A program made the position numbers and the translations under genes. This document shows positions 44,291-54,379 of a stretch of DNA of 64,000 nucleotides, piece after piece. Position 1 is the stretch's first letter. Every line of letters begins with the position of its first letter. Origin of the DNA: Candidatus Latescibacterota bacterium (GTDB lineage: Bacteria > Latescibacterota > UBA2968); the NCBI GenBank assembly GCA_965198115.1, contig OZ240241.1, positions 2,784,001 through 2,848,000 of the forward strand, written 5' to 3'. Below the pieces are notes generated by a model. It ran no database searches. It was given only the letters and a program-made list of their open reading frames with translations, and was not told the origin of the DNA.

Positions 44291-45109
44291 GTGACCGATC
44301 AGGAAAAATATCTCTTCGACGTACACGGCTACCTCGTCATCGAGGGAGCCCTCACGCCTGAGCAGGTCGTAGTCGCCAATGCAGCCGTCGACCATCACGC
44401 CGATCAGATCGGTCTGCGGCCCAACGATCTCGCACGCGGGTCGAAAACGCTCCAGGGCTCACAAGGGCGAGGCGATCTCGGCGGTATGCTGACGTGGGAC
44501 AAGCCACACTGCGATCCGTTCCGTGATATGATCGTGAATCCCAACGTCACACCGCATCTCGAGGAGCTTTTGGGACCCGGTTTTCGTCTCGCGGGCCTCG
44601 GCATAATCACGATGGACGAAGGCGCTGAAGGATTTTGGTTCCACGAGGGCGCCGAACCGCGTGACCGGTCCCGCACTTACGTCTACCAGAACGGCCGGAT
44701 GTTTACGGGCATGACCAACGTCGCCATCCAACTCACCGACGTCGGTCCCGATGACGGCGGCTTTGCCTGCCTGCCCGGAAGCCACAAAGCCAACTTCCCG
44801 TGCCCGGACGACATTCGACTTTACGAGGCCTACCATGAAAGGGTTCTCCAGATTCCGGCGAAAGCGGGTGACGCTGTTCTGTTTTGTGAATGTCTCATGC
44901 ACGGCTCCCTTCCGTGGGTCGCCGAACACCAGCGACGTTCTGTCATCATCCGATACTTCGACGGCGTCACGGCAGAGGGCTTGATGGGGACCTACACCCA
45001 GCCACCCTGGTACGAAGACCTCAGCGATCTTCAGAAGACCGTCATCTCTGCACCGGAGTATCGCAAGGAAAGCAAGGGGTCGAGGCTCTACAAAGAACCT
45101 GCGAGTTGA
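44291..45109 (+). CDS. PhyH family Fe(II)/2OG enzyme with an H-x-G motif
   Basis: YLFDVHGYLVI, FHEG, GGFACLPGSHK, GDAVLF...MHGSLPW and RRSV; GTG start after a GGAGAG RBS. Confidence 0.85.
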   Translation: MTDQEKYLFDVHGYLVIEGALTPEQVVVANAAVDHHADQIGLRPNDLARGSKTLQGSQGRGDLGGMLTWDKPHCDPFRDMIVNPNVTPHLEELLGPGFRLAGLGIITMDEGAEGFWFHEGAEPRDRSRTYVYQNGRMFTGMTNVAIQLTDVGPDDGGFACLPGSHKANFPCPDDIRLYEAYHERVLQIPAKAGDAVLFCECLMHGSLPWVAEHQRRSVIIRYFDGVTAEGLMGTYTQPPWYEDLSDLQKTVISAPEYRKESKGSRLYKEPAS

Positions 45110-45374
45110 CGGTGGACGGTGGACTGGAAGGTGAGTGGGCGGTCGGCCGTGAGCGGTCGGCGGTTATGGGCTACGCACCTAATACCAGTGGGAGCCCTTC
45201 GACTCTGCTCAGGGCAGGCTCTCTTCAGACCGCGAACTCTATGGTGAACGGTGGAAGAACAGAAGCTGTGTTTCGTGTATGGAGCCTGCCTCGAACGAAC
45301 GTGAGAGGTGGTCGTTTTTGGTTTTCGTCCGTGTATTCCGCGTGGTCTGTGGTCTAAGTTTTCGGGTTAAAATG

Positions 45375-46794
45375 GGCTATATCCGGATCTCTCAACGAGA
45401 TGAAGTGGGTGAAGGTGCCGTGGTTCCTGGCATGGGGGCGCGGTTAGCGTGTGCGGAACCTCTTCGGAATCTGCTCAGGGATGTTTATGTCTCCGACGGT
45501 AAGGAAGATCATATCGTTGAATGCGTCGAGTGTGCGGAATCCGCTGGCTCGGTTCTTGACGATTTGGACGATTCGGTTGAGGCCTTCGGCGATGGCGTTG
45601 GTAAGACGCGTGTTCACGAATGCGAGGACGCCGAAGAAGTGCTGTCGCAGGGTCCTGACGAACTTTCGCAGGGGTTCAAGTCGACTTCTGAGTGCGGACG
45701 TCGTCCAGCATTTCAGGAAGCGTTCGGCAGCCCAGGGCGCTTTGTATTCCCAGAACTGCTCGAACTCGTCCTTGAGTCTCCAGGCTCTATAGATTCGGTA
45801 GTTCGCCTCCTCCAGTGCTTTGAGTGTCCGAGTATCCCCTCTGGAGCGTGTCGCTGAGTGCCGGTAGAGGAGCCATCGGAGGCCCTTCATGGCTTTGCGC
45901 TCATCCGGGGCAGCTTTACGCCACTGGTCCTTACGGACCTCGTCAACGGCGGCATTGAGAGCCTTGACGATGTGAAAGCGATCGAGGACCAGCTTGGCAT
46001 TCGGACAGTGTTCCTGGATGGCTCCGATGTAAGCTTCGCTCATGTCGCAGCAGGCCCACTCGATCTTGGATCTCCGGTAGGGACTGAGAGCCTCTGTGAA
46101 GAACCGATCGATCGTTTTACGCGCCCTGCCGCGGCCAACCCACACCACGCAGGAGCGGTCCAGATCGTAAACGAGCGTGGCGTACCTGTGACGCTTGGCG
46201 TAGGAGATCTCGTCGATCCCGATGGTTTTGAGCCCTCGGATACGATGACCTTCACGAAGCCGCGTGATGGATCGGTGACGGAGATCCGACAGCGTCGAGG
46301 CAGAGATGCGCAGTAACTCGGACGCCGCCTTCTGCGTCATGGTCTGGCAGTAGCGCAGCATGGCATACTCGAAGCGATACGTCACCCGAGAGAACCGCTC
46401 CGCCCACGGAATCTCCTCGACCACACGACCGTGGGTAGGACACCGAATCTCCCGAGGATGGTAGAGAAGCCAGACCCTCCACCCGCACACCGGAATGTCA
46501 CGCCACCGACGCGGATGGGGCATTGTGCGGACGATTTTACCTCGACGGCCGCACTCCGGACAACAACAACCATTCTTATGTGGCTTTACGGCGATGACGA
46601 AACAGCTTCTCCCCTCAAACCACCAGCTGACAACACGGAACCCCTTGAATCTCAGCAGTTTCGATAGTAATCTGCTCCCGGTCATAGGTCGCACCCCCTT
46701 CGCTTTGATTGTCCTACACACACAACCAAGCGTAGGGAACGATCTATGACCTTGTCATTCTATAGTTTCACCGTTGAGAAACCCGGATAGAGCC
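45375..46794 (-). mobile_element. ISL3-family insertion sequence
   Basis: IRs GGCTaTATCCGGaTcTCTCAACG and GGCTcTATCCGGgTtTCTCAACG; 8-bp target duplication TTAAAATG (45367-74, 46795-802). Confidence 0.93.
45444..46721 (-). CDS. ISL3 family transposase
   Basis: CPECG zinc finger, IGIDEIS, CDM, LDRFH and TNAIAEGLN motifs. Confidence 0.93.
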   Translation of the reverse strand: MCRTIKAKGVRPMTGSRLLSKLLRFKGFRVVSWWFEGRSCFVIAVKPHKNGCCCPECGRRGKIVRTMPHPRRWRDIPVCGWRVWLLYHPREIRCPTHGRVVEEIPWAERFSRVTYRFEYAMLRYCQTMTQKAASELLRISASTLSDLRHRSITRLREGHRIRGLKTIGIDEISYAKRHRYATLVYDLDRSCVVWVGRGRARKTIDRFFTEALSPYRRSKIEWACCDMSEAYIGAIQEHCPNAKLVLDRFHIVKALNAAVDEVRKDQWRKAAPDERKAMKGLRWLLYRHSATRSRGDTRTLKALEEANYRIYRAWRLKDEFEQFWEYKAPWAAERFLKCWTTSALRSRLEPLRKFVRTLRQHFFGVLAFVNTRLTNAIAEGLNRIVQIVKNRASGFRTLDAFNDMIFLTVGDINIPEQIPKRFRTR

Positions 46795-46799
46795 TTAAA

Positions 46800-47591
46800 A
46801 TGATCAGAAAACGCATATGGGAGATCGTCGAAGTTGCGCGGCCGGGTGACAGAGCCAGCCGCGTATTCGATCTGACGATTCTGTCGCTAATTTTCTTGAA
46901 CGTACTCGCGACGATCCTTGGGACCGTTCCCGAGATTCACGGTCGATTCGGGAAGGTCCTCGACCGATTCGAGCTCTTGTCTGTTGTCGTCTTCACAGTC
47001 GAGTATATCACCCGTCTCTGGTCGTGCCGGGCGGATGAGAGATACGATCGGATTGTCGTCGGCCGACTTCGGTACGCGACACGTGGTCTCCTGATCATCG
47101 ACCTTCTGGCAATTCTACCCTTCTACTTACCTTTCGTAGGCATCGACCTGCGATCGTTCCGTGTGCTGCGACTTTTGCGCATCCTCCGCATCGTGCGCAT
47201 CGGACGCTACTACAGGTCGCTCCACATGATTCACCGCGTTGTCCGAGCAAAGCGGGAAGAGCTCGTCCTGACTTCGGCCGTGATGTTCCTCCTTCTCGTC
47301 GTCTCGGCGAGTGTTCTCTTTTACTGCGAGCACGAAATCCAGCCCGAATCCTTCTCGAGTATTCCTGCGACCATGTGGTGGGCCATTGCCACCCTGACGA
47401 CCGTCGGTTATGGCGATATGTACCCTGTCACAGTGCTGGGTCGACTCTTCGCCTCGGTCATCGCCGTCCTCGGCATCGGCATGTTCGCCCTCCCGACGGG
47501 CATCCTCGGCGCCGCGTTCGTCGAGGAAATCGAGCGATCGAAGAAGGATGCCATCTGCCCCCATTGCGGGAAGCCGATTCATCGGTCGTAG
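46800..47591 (+). CDS. Voltage-gated potassium channel (ion transporter)
   Basis: S4 segment LRSFRVLRLLRILRIVR, filter TTVGYGD and C-terminal CPHCG. Confidence 0.92.
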   Translation: MIRKRIWEIVEVARPGDRASRVFDLTILSLIFLNVLATILGTVPEIHGRFGKVLDRFELLSVVVFTVEYITRLWSCRADERYDRIVVGRLRYATRGLLIIDLLAILPFYLPFVGIDLRSFRVLRLLRILRIVRIGRYYRSLHMIHRVVRAKREELVLTSAVMFLLLVVSASVLFYCEHEIQPESFSSIPATMWWAIATLTTVGYGDMYPVTVLGRLFASVIAVLGIGMFALPTGILGAAFVEEIERSKKDAICPHCGKPIHRS

Positions 47592-47621
47592 CCGTTCTTC
47601 CATTTCACAGAGTACAGACAC

Positions 47622-47689
47622 GTAGGGCCACGGCAATGCCGTGGCCCTATCAATTTCCCACCAACGCGCGTGGGGCTGACGCCCCACGC
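47622..47689. repeat. GTAG-type REP-like hairpin plus a second hairpin
   Basis: gtagggccacggc-aat-gccgtggcccta and gcgtggggc-tgac-gccccacgc between convergent genes. Confidence 0.65.
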
Positions 47690-47845
47690 TATGGAAGCGA
47701 AGCCCTCCAAGACCGCGCATCTGCGCGTGTCGGGCTGGCCTTCGGCTTAACAGAAGACCTACAGCGTGTAGCCCTGATGTACGTTCGAGCGTGTCCGGAG
47801 CCTGCTCTGAGTGTCGTCGAAGAGTGTCCTCAGAAGCGATTTATC

Positions 47846-48988
47846 CTAAATGTATCCGGTCGATCCATCCGGACGAACGGGGCACGTCCGCTGCCAATAG
47901 GAGTATTCTCCTTCCAGAAGATCCTCGTTCACTTCCACGCCTAATCCCGGCCGATCGGGACGCAGCTGGAGATAGCCGTCGGTCGGCCAGTAGGCTTCAT
48001 CCAGCCAGTCCTTGGCGATCTCCGCATCCGGAAGGTGGTACTCTAGGATCTTGAAATTGGGCGTTGCCGCGCTGAAGTGGAGATTGACCGCTGTCGCCAG
48101 AGGGCCCATCGGGTTGTGAGGGGCGATCGTCACGTAGTGGGCTTCGGCGATGGCCGCAATCTTACGCATCTCCAGCAAGCCACCGCAAATACAAATGTCG
48201 GGCTGGATGATGTCCGCGCCATCCTTCCCCAACAGGTCGAGGAACTCGAATCGTTGGTAGAGGGACTCACCCGTTGCGAGTGGAACCTGCATCTGAGAAC
48301 GCAGACGCGCCCACGCATCGCTGTTCTCCGGCCGTAGCGGTTCCTCGTAAAACAGAGGATCATACGGAGCGAGCGCATTTGACAGTTGAAGTGCCTTGAT
48401 CGGTTCGAAAATCTTCGCGTGTGGATCGAACGCGAACTCCCAATCGTCGGGGCAGTGCTTACGTAGCCCTTCGAAGTATTCCGCTGCCGCCTTGCACACA
48501 AGGCCCCAGCGATGTCCATCGGCAGGCAGCCGGAATGGGCTCGTCTTGAAGGCGGTGAACCCGTGTTCGTCGTGCAGTTTATGCGCCGTATCCGCCGCCT
48601 CCTTAGCGTCCCTTCCGCCGAGGCCTCGGTACACCTGCACTTTGTCTCGAACGTTCCCGCCCAGTAACATATAGACGGGCACACCCGCCGCCTTCCCGCT
48701 GATATCCCAGAGCGCGTGATCGAGACCGGACATCGCCGACAGACCTATCGCGCCGGGCGGAAATCGCATCTGTTGGAAGAGCTTCAACATGATGTATTCG
48801 ATCCGCCGCGGATCTTCGCCTTTGATCATCTCGAAGATGTAGTCCAGCGTCGGCTCGATCGAGAGGTCCGGCCCCGGGCTATAACATTCGCCCCAGCCGT
48901 AGAGGCCTTCGTCCGTCTCAACCTTGCACAGCGCTCGGGACCGCCCCCCCTCGCGTGTCATGAATGTTTTGATCGCCGTGATCTTCAT
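47846..48988 (-). CDS. dgoD: Galactonate dehydratase-like enolase superfamily protein
   Basis: MKITAIKT, GWGE, LDHALWDISGK, FDPH, YEEP, ATGE and APHNPMGP motifs. Confidence 0.8.
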   Translation of the reverse strand: MKITAIKTFMTREGGRSRALCKVETDEGLYGWGECYSPGPDLSIEPTLDYIFEMIKGEDPRRIEYIMLKLFQQMRFPPGAIGLSAMSGLDHALWDISGKAAGVPVYMLLGGNVRDKVQVYRGLGGRDAKEAADTAHKLHDEHGFTAFKTSPFRLPADGHRWGLVCKAAAEYFEGLRKHCPDDWEFAFDPHAKIFEPIKALQLSNALAPYDPLFYEEPLRPENSDAWARLRSQMQVPLATGESLYQRFEFLDLLGKDGADIIQPDICICGGLLEMRKIAAIAEAHYVTIAPHNPMGPLATAVNLHFSAATPNFKILEYHLPDAEIAKDWLDEAYWPTDGYLQLRPDRPGLGVEVNEDLLEGEYSYWQRTCPVRPDGSTGYI

Positions 48989-49170
48989 TCATCTCTCCTC
49001 TTGTATGATCCCTACCGTATCCCAGTTCCGACTTCTGCTGGACGCGCAACGTGGACAGAGTCCGATTGTGCATCAGATGAAAAAAGGCACTCTCGTCCTA
49101 TGTGTTTGGCTGGGCAATATGGGTAGGTTTCGCGAAGTAGGCCAGCAGGAAGGCAAAGCAAACAGCGGGT

Positions 49171-49515
49171 CTAACTATCGGGATCGATCAGTGGCAGAAT
49201 GCGAGCAATCACCTCTTCCAGAATCTCCTCGGGAAGTCTATCGAATCGGGCAGCCTTCCGAGCACGCCAGTCCAGACTCTTGAGCTGGTCGCATAGAATG
49301 GCACCTCTAACCTCGAGCCCACCGGGAAGAACGACCTCGAACGGATATCCTTTCACGCTTGTCGTAATCGGACAGAAGAGCGCCAGTCCTACTTTGCGGT
49401 TATAGATCCGGGGTGATATGACCAGTGCGGGCCTTCTTCCAGATTGTTCGTGACCCGCCTGTGGATCAAACCGGAGCCAGACAATGTCGCCACGTTCAGG
49501 CGTATATCGGGGCAC
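49171..49515 (-). CDS. mazF: MazF endoribonuclease toxin
   Basis: YTPERGDIVWLRFDPQAGHEQSGRRPALVISP..YN, CPITT..KGYPFEV and DQLKSLDWRAR. Confidence 0.95.
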   Translation of the reverse strand: MPRYTPERGDIVWLRFDPQAGHEQSGRRPALVISPRIYNRKVGLALFCPITTSVKGYPFEVVLPGGLEVRGAILCDQLKSLDWRARKAARFDRLPEEILEEVIARILPLIDPDS

Positions 49516-49517
49516 GG

Positions 49518-49760
49518 CTACCAGACTTCCCGACCAACGGCATTCCCCGTGTCGATACCATCGTGGCGATTTTTAGCAGATACCCGTTCGACCAGATCGT
49601 CAAGACTGTATTTACGCTTGCGAGAGGGGCTCACCACGAGATCTCCGTTCTCGATAGTGAGATCAACCTCTGATCCAGCACCTACACCTGTTTCCTCGGC
49701 GAATGCCTTGGGTATCCGGAGGCCCAGGCTGTTACCCCATTTCAGTATTTTGGTGTGCAT
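49518..49760 (-). CDS. mazE: MazE antitoxin (AbrB/MazE/SpoVT family)
   Basis: KWGNSLGLRIPK, YSLDDLV and GREVW; directly upstream of mazF. Confidence 0.95.
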   Translation of the reverse strand: MHTKILKWGNSLGLRIPKAFAEETGVGAGSEVDLTIENGDLVVSPSRKRKYSLDDLVERVSAKNRHDGIDTGNAVGREVW

Positions 49761-49775
49761 TCATCCCTCCGTTGA

Positions 49776-49792
49776 GTATACATTGAATATAC
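49776..49792. promoter_or_regulatory. Probable mazEF autoregulatory operator
   Basis: GTATA-cattgaa-TATAC palindrome just upstream of the mazE RBS. Confidence 0.6.
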
Positions 49793-49838
49793 ATCATATT
49801 GGATGAACTGACCAGTGCATCAGACTGACAGCTTCGGC

Positions 49839-50310
49839 TCATTGGCAATATTGATCCATATGCCACATAAAATCGGGCGTGGCCGACCAGATTTCATCCA
49901 CGACACCGCACGCGTAATCCGGGACCTCGTCGGGTCTCTCCTTCCAGTCCGGCAAGGCCTCACCGATCGAGTACGGGTTCGTCGCGACCAAAACAGACAC
50001 GCTTGAACAGCGGAATCTCTCGACCGAACGTCTCCCTGACAAAGTCCTGGTGATTCAAGCCCATGGCCACGGCGAGATCAGCCCCTTCAAGGATTTCCGC
50101 TGTCAATCGCGTCTGCTCGTGTCCGGACGGATCCACTCCCAGCTCGATGAGTCGTTGCCGTACGGGTTCGTACATCTCTTGGGGCTCCGCCTGGATGCCG
50201 GCGGATCCCACCGTGTGAGGGGTGTCCGGTCCGAGCGCTGCCTTGAGCGCGTATTCTGCGGTCATACTTCGGAAGATGTTCCCGCTACAGATAAAGAGGA
50301 TGGTGCTCAC
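49839..50310 (-). CDS. Low-molecular-weight phosphatase family protein (frameshift near 49965)
   Basis: P-loop ILFICSGNIFRS and SAGI, ADLAVAM motifs; the C-terminus continues in the 49839 frame. Confidence 0.8.
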
Positions 50311-50475
50311 CGGTCTTTTTCGACTCCCGTGTGTGCGAGGTTCCCAGGCTCCGCCTGAGAACGTAACCTGTATCCATCTTGTTTACAAGAAGTTGGAATT
50401 CCCTTGACCCTCGCTGGGAATTGGGCTTTCGTGACGATCACGCGTCGGACTCAGATTGTGCCAGGGGGACTTCCG

Positions 50476-52155
50476 ATGAAGGGGTTTCAGTCATTTGGAG
50501 CCAGTCTGCTCGTTTGGGCCGTGCTTTCTTCGAGTCTTGTCGCCGAGGAGATCATAAGCTTCGAGTCGATCCTCGACACGGTCAGCCACGTCGAACACCT
50601 GGTCGTGGACGAGGAAGGGGGCGGTCTGCTCCTGGCCGGCCGTGGTGCCCGTTATCACGCTCCGGGCGCCGGCGGTGTGTTGCTCCTCGACTCGACAACT
50701 GCTTTCCTCAGTGGCGATTCAACGTGGCGCATCGCAACTCGCAGCAGGGCACCGTGATGGCAGTATTACGTTTTGGAATGTCGACGGCGCCGCGCTACAC
50801 ACTATTAGAGGCGCCCATCTTGCGCCAGTCTCGAGCCTCGCCTACCATCCTGACGGTTCCACGCTCGCCAGTGCCGGTTGGGATGGCGCCGTCCTTACCT
50901 GGGGAACCGAGGACGGGTCGGAGCACCTTCGCTTTGCAGGTCACGAAGACGAGGTCTATGCCCTGGTCTACAGCCCGGACGGATCCCTCCTCGCCACCGG
51001 AGGATGGGACCGGAAGGCCAAGATCTGGGATCCACGGACCGGGTCCCTCCTGCACGATCTCTCCCACGAATCAGGCATCACGTCGCTCGCTTTCAGTCCT
51101 GACGGCCGATACCTCGTCGCGGGGGATTGGTCCGGCCGCATTTCCATCTAGCGGACGGCACCTGACTGGATACAGGCCGGCATTCTGAAGCGGCCACAGT
51201 CCACCCGCATCGTGCACCTCTCCTTTCAGGGATCTTCACAACGCCTCATCGCCGGCTATGAGAGCGGTGATTTCGTTGTCTGGAACATCCGGTCCCAACG
51301 TCTCCTGGATGAACAACGCGTGGGTCCATCCGGCTTACGGGCCGCCGCGACGGCGCCGCAGGGAGCGTGGCCAGTCTCGGTTCGGACGGGGATGTCACTT
51401 TCTGGAATCTGAACTTGGAAGACAGGCCGCCCCGGATCGAAATCACTTCTCCGACTCAGTCACCCTATCAGGCCGAAGATCAGTCCGTCCTTCTCGCAGG
51501 GACCGTTACAGACGATACCGGTCTGCGATCGCTCACGATCGACGGCGAGTCCTTCACGGATGCGGGTATGCGCGGCCTGCGCGCACCTGAATCCGAACAC
51601 CCGCGACGCATTCCCTTCTCGCGCGAACTGGTACTCCCCGGCGGCACACATCAACTCATCATCTCCGCCGAGGATGTGTCAGGCAAAGTCACGAACGTCG
51701 AACTGACGGTGGTCGTTCCCCAGCAGCGGTCTTTTGCTGTCATCATCGGTGTACAGGACTACCGCGATCCGAGCATCCGGGATCTCGCTTACACCGAAGC
51801 CGACGCCCACGCCGTCTTCGACCTGTTGACCGATCCCGACCGGGGCGGCATTCCACAAGAAAACGTGCGTCTGCTCATCGGCGAAGACGCCACTCGCAAC
51901 AGCATTCGATCGGTCCTGGGGAACTGGCTCTACAAGCAGGCGGGGCCCTACAACAAGGTCATCCTCTATTACGCCGGACACGGCGCGATCGAGCCTGACC
52001 GAACGGGACGCGAAAGCGATGGATTGACCAAATACCTCGTGCCCTTCGACGCGCAGATGGACAATCTCTTCGTGACCGGACTCGCCAACACCGAGCTCTC
52101 ATATCTCATGAGCACCGTCCAGTCGCAAAAGATGGTCTTTCCTGCTCGATTCTGC
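50476..52155 (+). pseudogene. Secreted WD40-repeat + Ig-like + caspase (peptidase C14) protein, frameshifted and 3'-truncated
   Basis: Signal peptide from ATG 50476; WD40 repeats (GHEDEVYALVYSPDG..LATGGWD..AKIWD); PPRIEITSP Ig domain; FAVIIGV.DY, ATRNSI, YYAGHG; ends at the degenerate VFLLDSC. Confidence 0.78.
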
Positions 52156-53333
52156 ATCCCGAGAGCCAGGATCAGCGAGAACAGGACCACCATGTTGAGC
52201 GTCATCCCCATCGCGTCGATGACGACGAAAGAGATGAGCATCGATAGCGGGATCGCCACGCCCGCAAAGATCGCGTTCCGAAAGCCCATGAAGAAAAACA
52301 GCACTGCCACGACGAGAATCAGACCCGAAAGGATATTGTTCTCCAGATCTCGCACCATCATCCGGATGTCCGTCGACTGATCTCCCAGAATTGTCGTCAT
52401 CGTGCCGGGCGGCAACGTGGATTCCATATCCTCGAGCATGGACTTCACGCGATCCGAGATCTGGATCAGGTTCTCCCCGCTCCGCTTGATCACCGAAAGG
52501 CTAACGCACGGCTGTCCGTTCAACCGGGCATAGCTCGCCCGGTCGGCGAACCCGTAGGTCACATCGGCCACATCTCGAATGTAGACGGGTTGTCCCTGTT
52601 CGCCCGTGATCACGAAGTCGGCGATCTCGTCGACCGATTCCACCTCCCCCGGTACGCGCACCGAGTACGTGTAGCCGCCCAGGTCGAGACTGCCGCCGGG
52701 GAGGGTCACGTTCTCGCGCTGTACCGTCTCCACCACGTCGTGAAGGGAGAGCTGATAAACCGTGAGACGGTCTGGATCCACGTCCACCTGAACTTCCCGC
52801 TCGAGACCGCCGGCCAGCCGGACCTCGAGAACTCCTGCGATCGTCTCCAGCTCATCGGCAATGTCCTCTGCCACTTCCTTCAGCCGAACGAGCCCGTAGT
52901 CGCCCGACACATTGACGATCATGATCGGGATGTTCGAAAAGTTCACCTCCGACACGATCGGATCTTCAGCGTCATCGGGCAGATCCTGTTTCGCGAGGTC
53001 GACCTTGTCTTTCGCCTTCTGAAGCGACTCGTCGACGTCGAGCGAGGCGTCGAACTACGTGATCGTCGACACGCCTTCTGCTGACGTCGACCGCATTTCC
53101 TTCACGTTCTCGAGCCCCTGAAGCTTCTTCTCGATCTTCCGCGTGACGAGCGTCTCCACGTCCTCCGGCGACGCCCCCACGTAAACCGTCGTCGTGATGA
53201 TGAACGGAATCGTGATGTCGGGAGCTGCCTTGCGTGGCAGCGTCGCGTAACCGTAGGCGCCCATCGAGACGAGCAGAATGACCAGGACGTAGACGGTCAC
53301 GCGTTTGCGGATGGCGTAGTTGGTCACGATCAT
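52155..53333 (-). pseudogene. AcrB/AcrD/AcrF RND permease, only the N-terminal ~390 codons (in-frame TAG at 53055)
   Basis: GASPEDVETLVTRKIE, ENVTLPGG, AIPLSML, TLNMVVLFSLILALGM; breaks before the expected LVDNAIV. Confidence 0.85.
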
Positions 53334-54379
53334 CGAAGCATCCTTCGAATCGTCACGGCTTCTCCCGCGATCAGGTCACGACCGCCGGCGACGACCAGCG
53401 TGTCTCCCGGCTCCAGCCCGGCTCGGGCCACCACACGGTTTCCTTCGCTCGGGCCGAGCGCGACCTCCCGCAACGACACTCTGGAATCACTCACCACGAA
53501 AACGACAGGACCCGTTTCCCGCTCCACGAGCGCGTCTCGGGGGATGACGAGCACGTTGGACAGGTGGCGCCGTCGCGCGCGAAGCTTCCCCGCCATTCCC
53601 GGCTTCAGCTCGCCATTTCTGTTTACGATTCGGACCTCGAGCGGAAAGACTCGCCGGTCCGTTTGAGCCGCCGGCCCGACACGGTCGACCTGACCCGCAA
53701 AGGGTCGGACGCCAAGGGCGTCGATCTGCACTTCGACTTCACGGCCGACCGCATAATCTCCGATATCCCCTTCCGGCAGCCACCCCGTCATCCGAACCGT
53801 ATCCGTTTGAACGAGCCGGATCGCCGGCTGCCCCGGCTGCGCGAGGTCTCCCACTTCGATCCATCGCCCCGCCACGATCCCGGAAAACGGTGCGAGCAGA
53901 GTACTGTTCCTCAGTCGCTGCCGAACCGTGGCCAGCGTCGACGCAGCCTTTCGCTCATCGTATTCCGCCGAATACAGATCCTGTTCCGATATGGTGCCGT
54001 CCTCGAACAGCTGACGCGACTTTTCAAAGTTGTAGCGATGGAACTTCGCTCCGACCTGGGCCTCGATCAGCGAAGCGTTCAGAAGGTGCGTATGCAGCGT
54101 CGCGATCAAGTCGCCCCTTTGCACCGAGTCGCCGAGCGCCCGCCTGATTTCAGCTACAGACCCGGCTTCGAGAAACGTCAGCTGAACGTCCCGCCACGCC
54201 TCGACCGACGCAGGATAACGCCCTATCTGGGTCATCGTGTCCGGCCGAACGACAATCACGGCAACGTTCGTACGCCGCTCCTCCACGTCCGGCGTCGCCG
54301 CACCCGTCTCAGCCCCCTCGCCACCACAGCCGAACGTCAATCCAAGACACACTGTCACCACCACACGCCAGATCGTCAT
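53330..54379 (-). CDS. RND efflux periplasmic adaptor (MFP) lipoprotein
   Basis: Lipobox TFGC; LAPFSGIV, LKPGM, IPRDAL and GLEPGD motifs. Confidence 0.9.
   Translation of the reverse strand: MTIWRVVVTVCLGLTFGCGGEGAETGAATPDVEERRTNVAVIVVRPDTMTQIGRYPASVEAWRDVQLTFLEAGSVAEIRRALGDSVQRGDLIATLHTHLLNASLIEAQVGAKFHRYNFEKSRQLFEDGTISEQDLYSAEYDERKAASTLATVRQRLRNSTLLAPFSGIVAGRWIEVGDLAQPGQPAIRLVQTDTVRMTGWLPEGDIGDYAVGREVEVQIDALGVRPFAGQVDRVGPAAQTDRRVFPLEVRIVNRNGELKPGMAGKLRARRRHLSNVLVIPRDALVERETGPVVFVVSDSRVSLREVALGPSEGNRVVARAGLEPGDTLVVAGGRDLIAGEAVTIRRMLR

Noticed and set aside
51969-52380. Genuine overlapping antisense gene pair
   Set aside because: The overlap is run-on translation past a deletion or chimera junction; both proteins lose family similarity at 52155.
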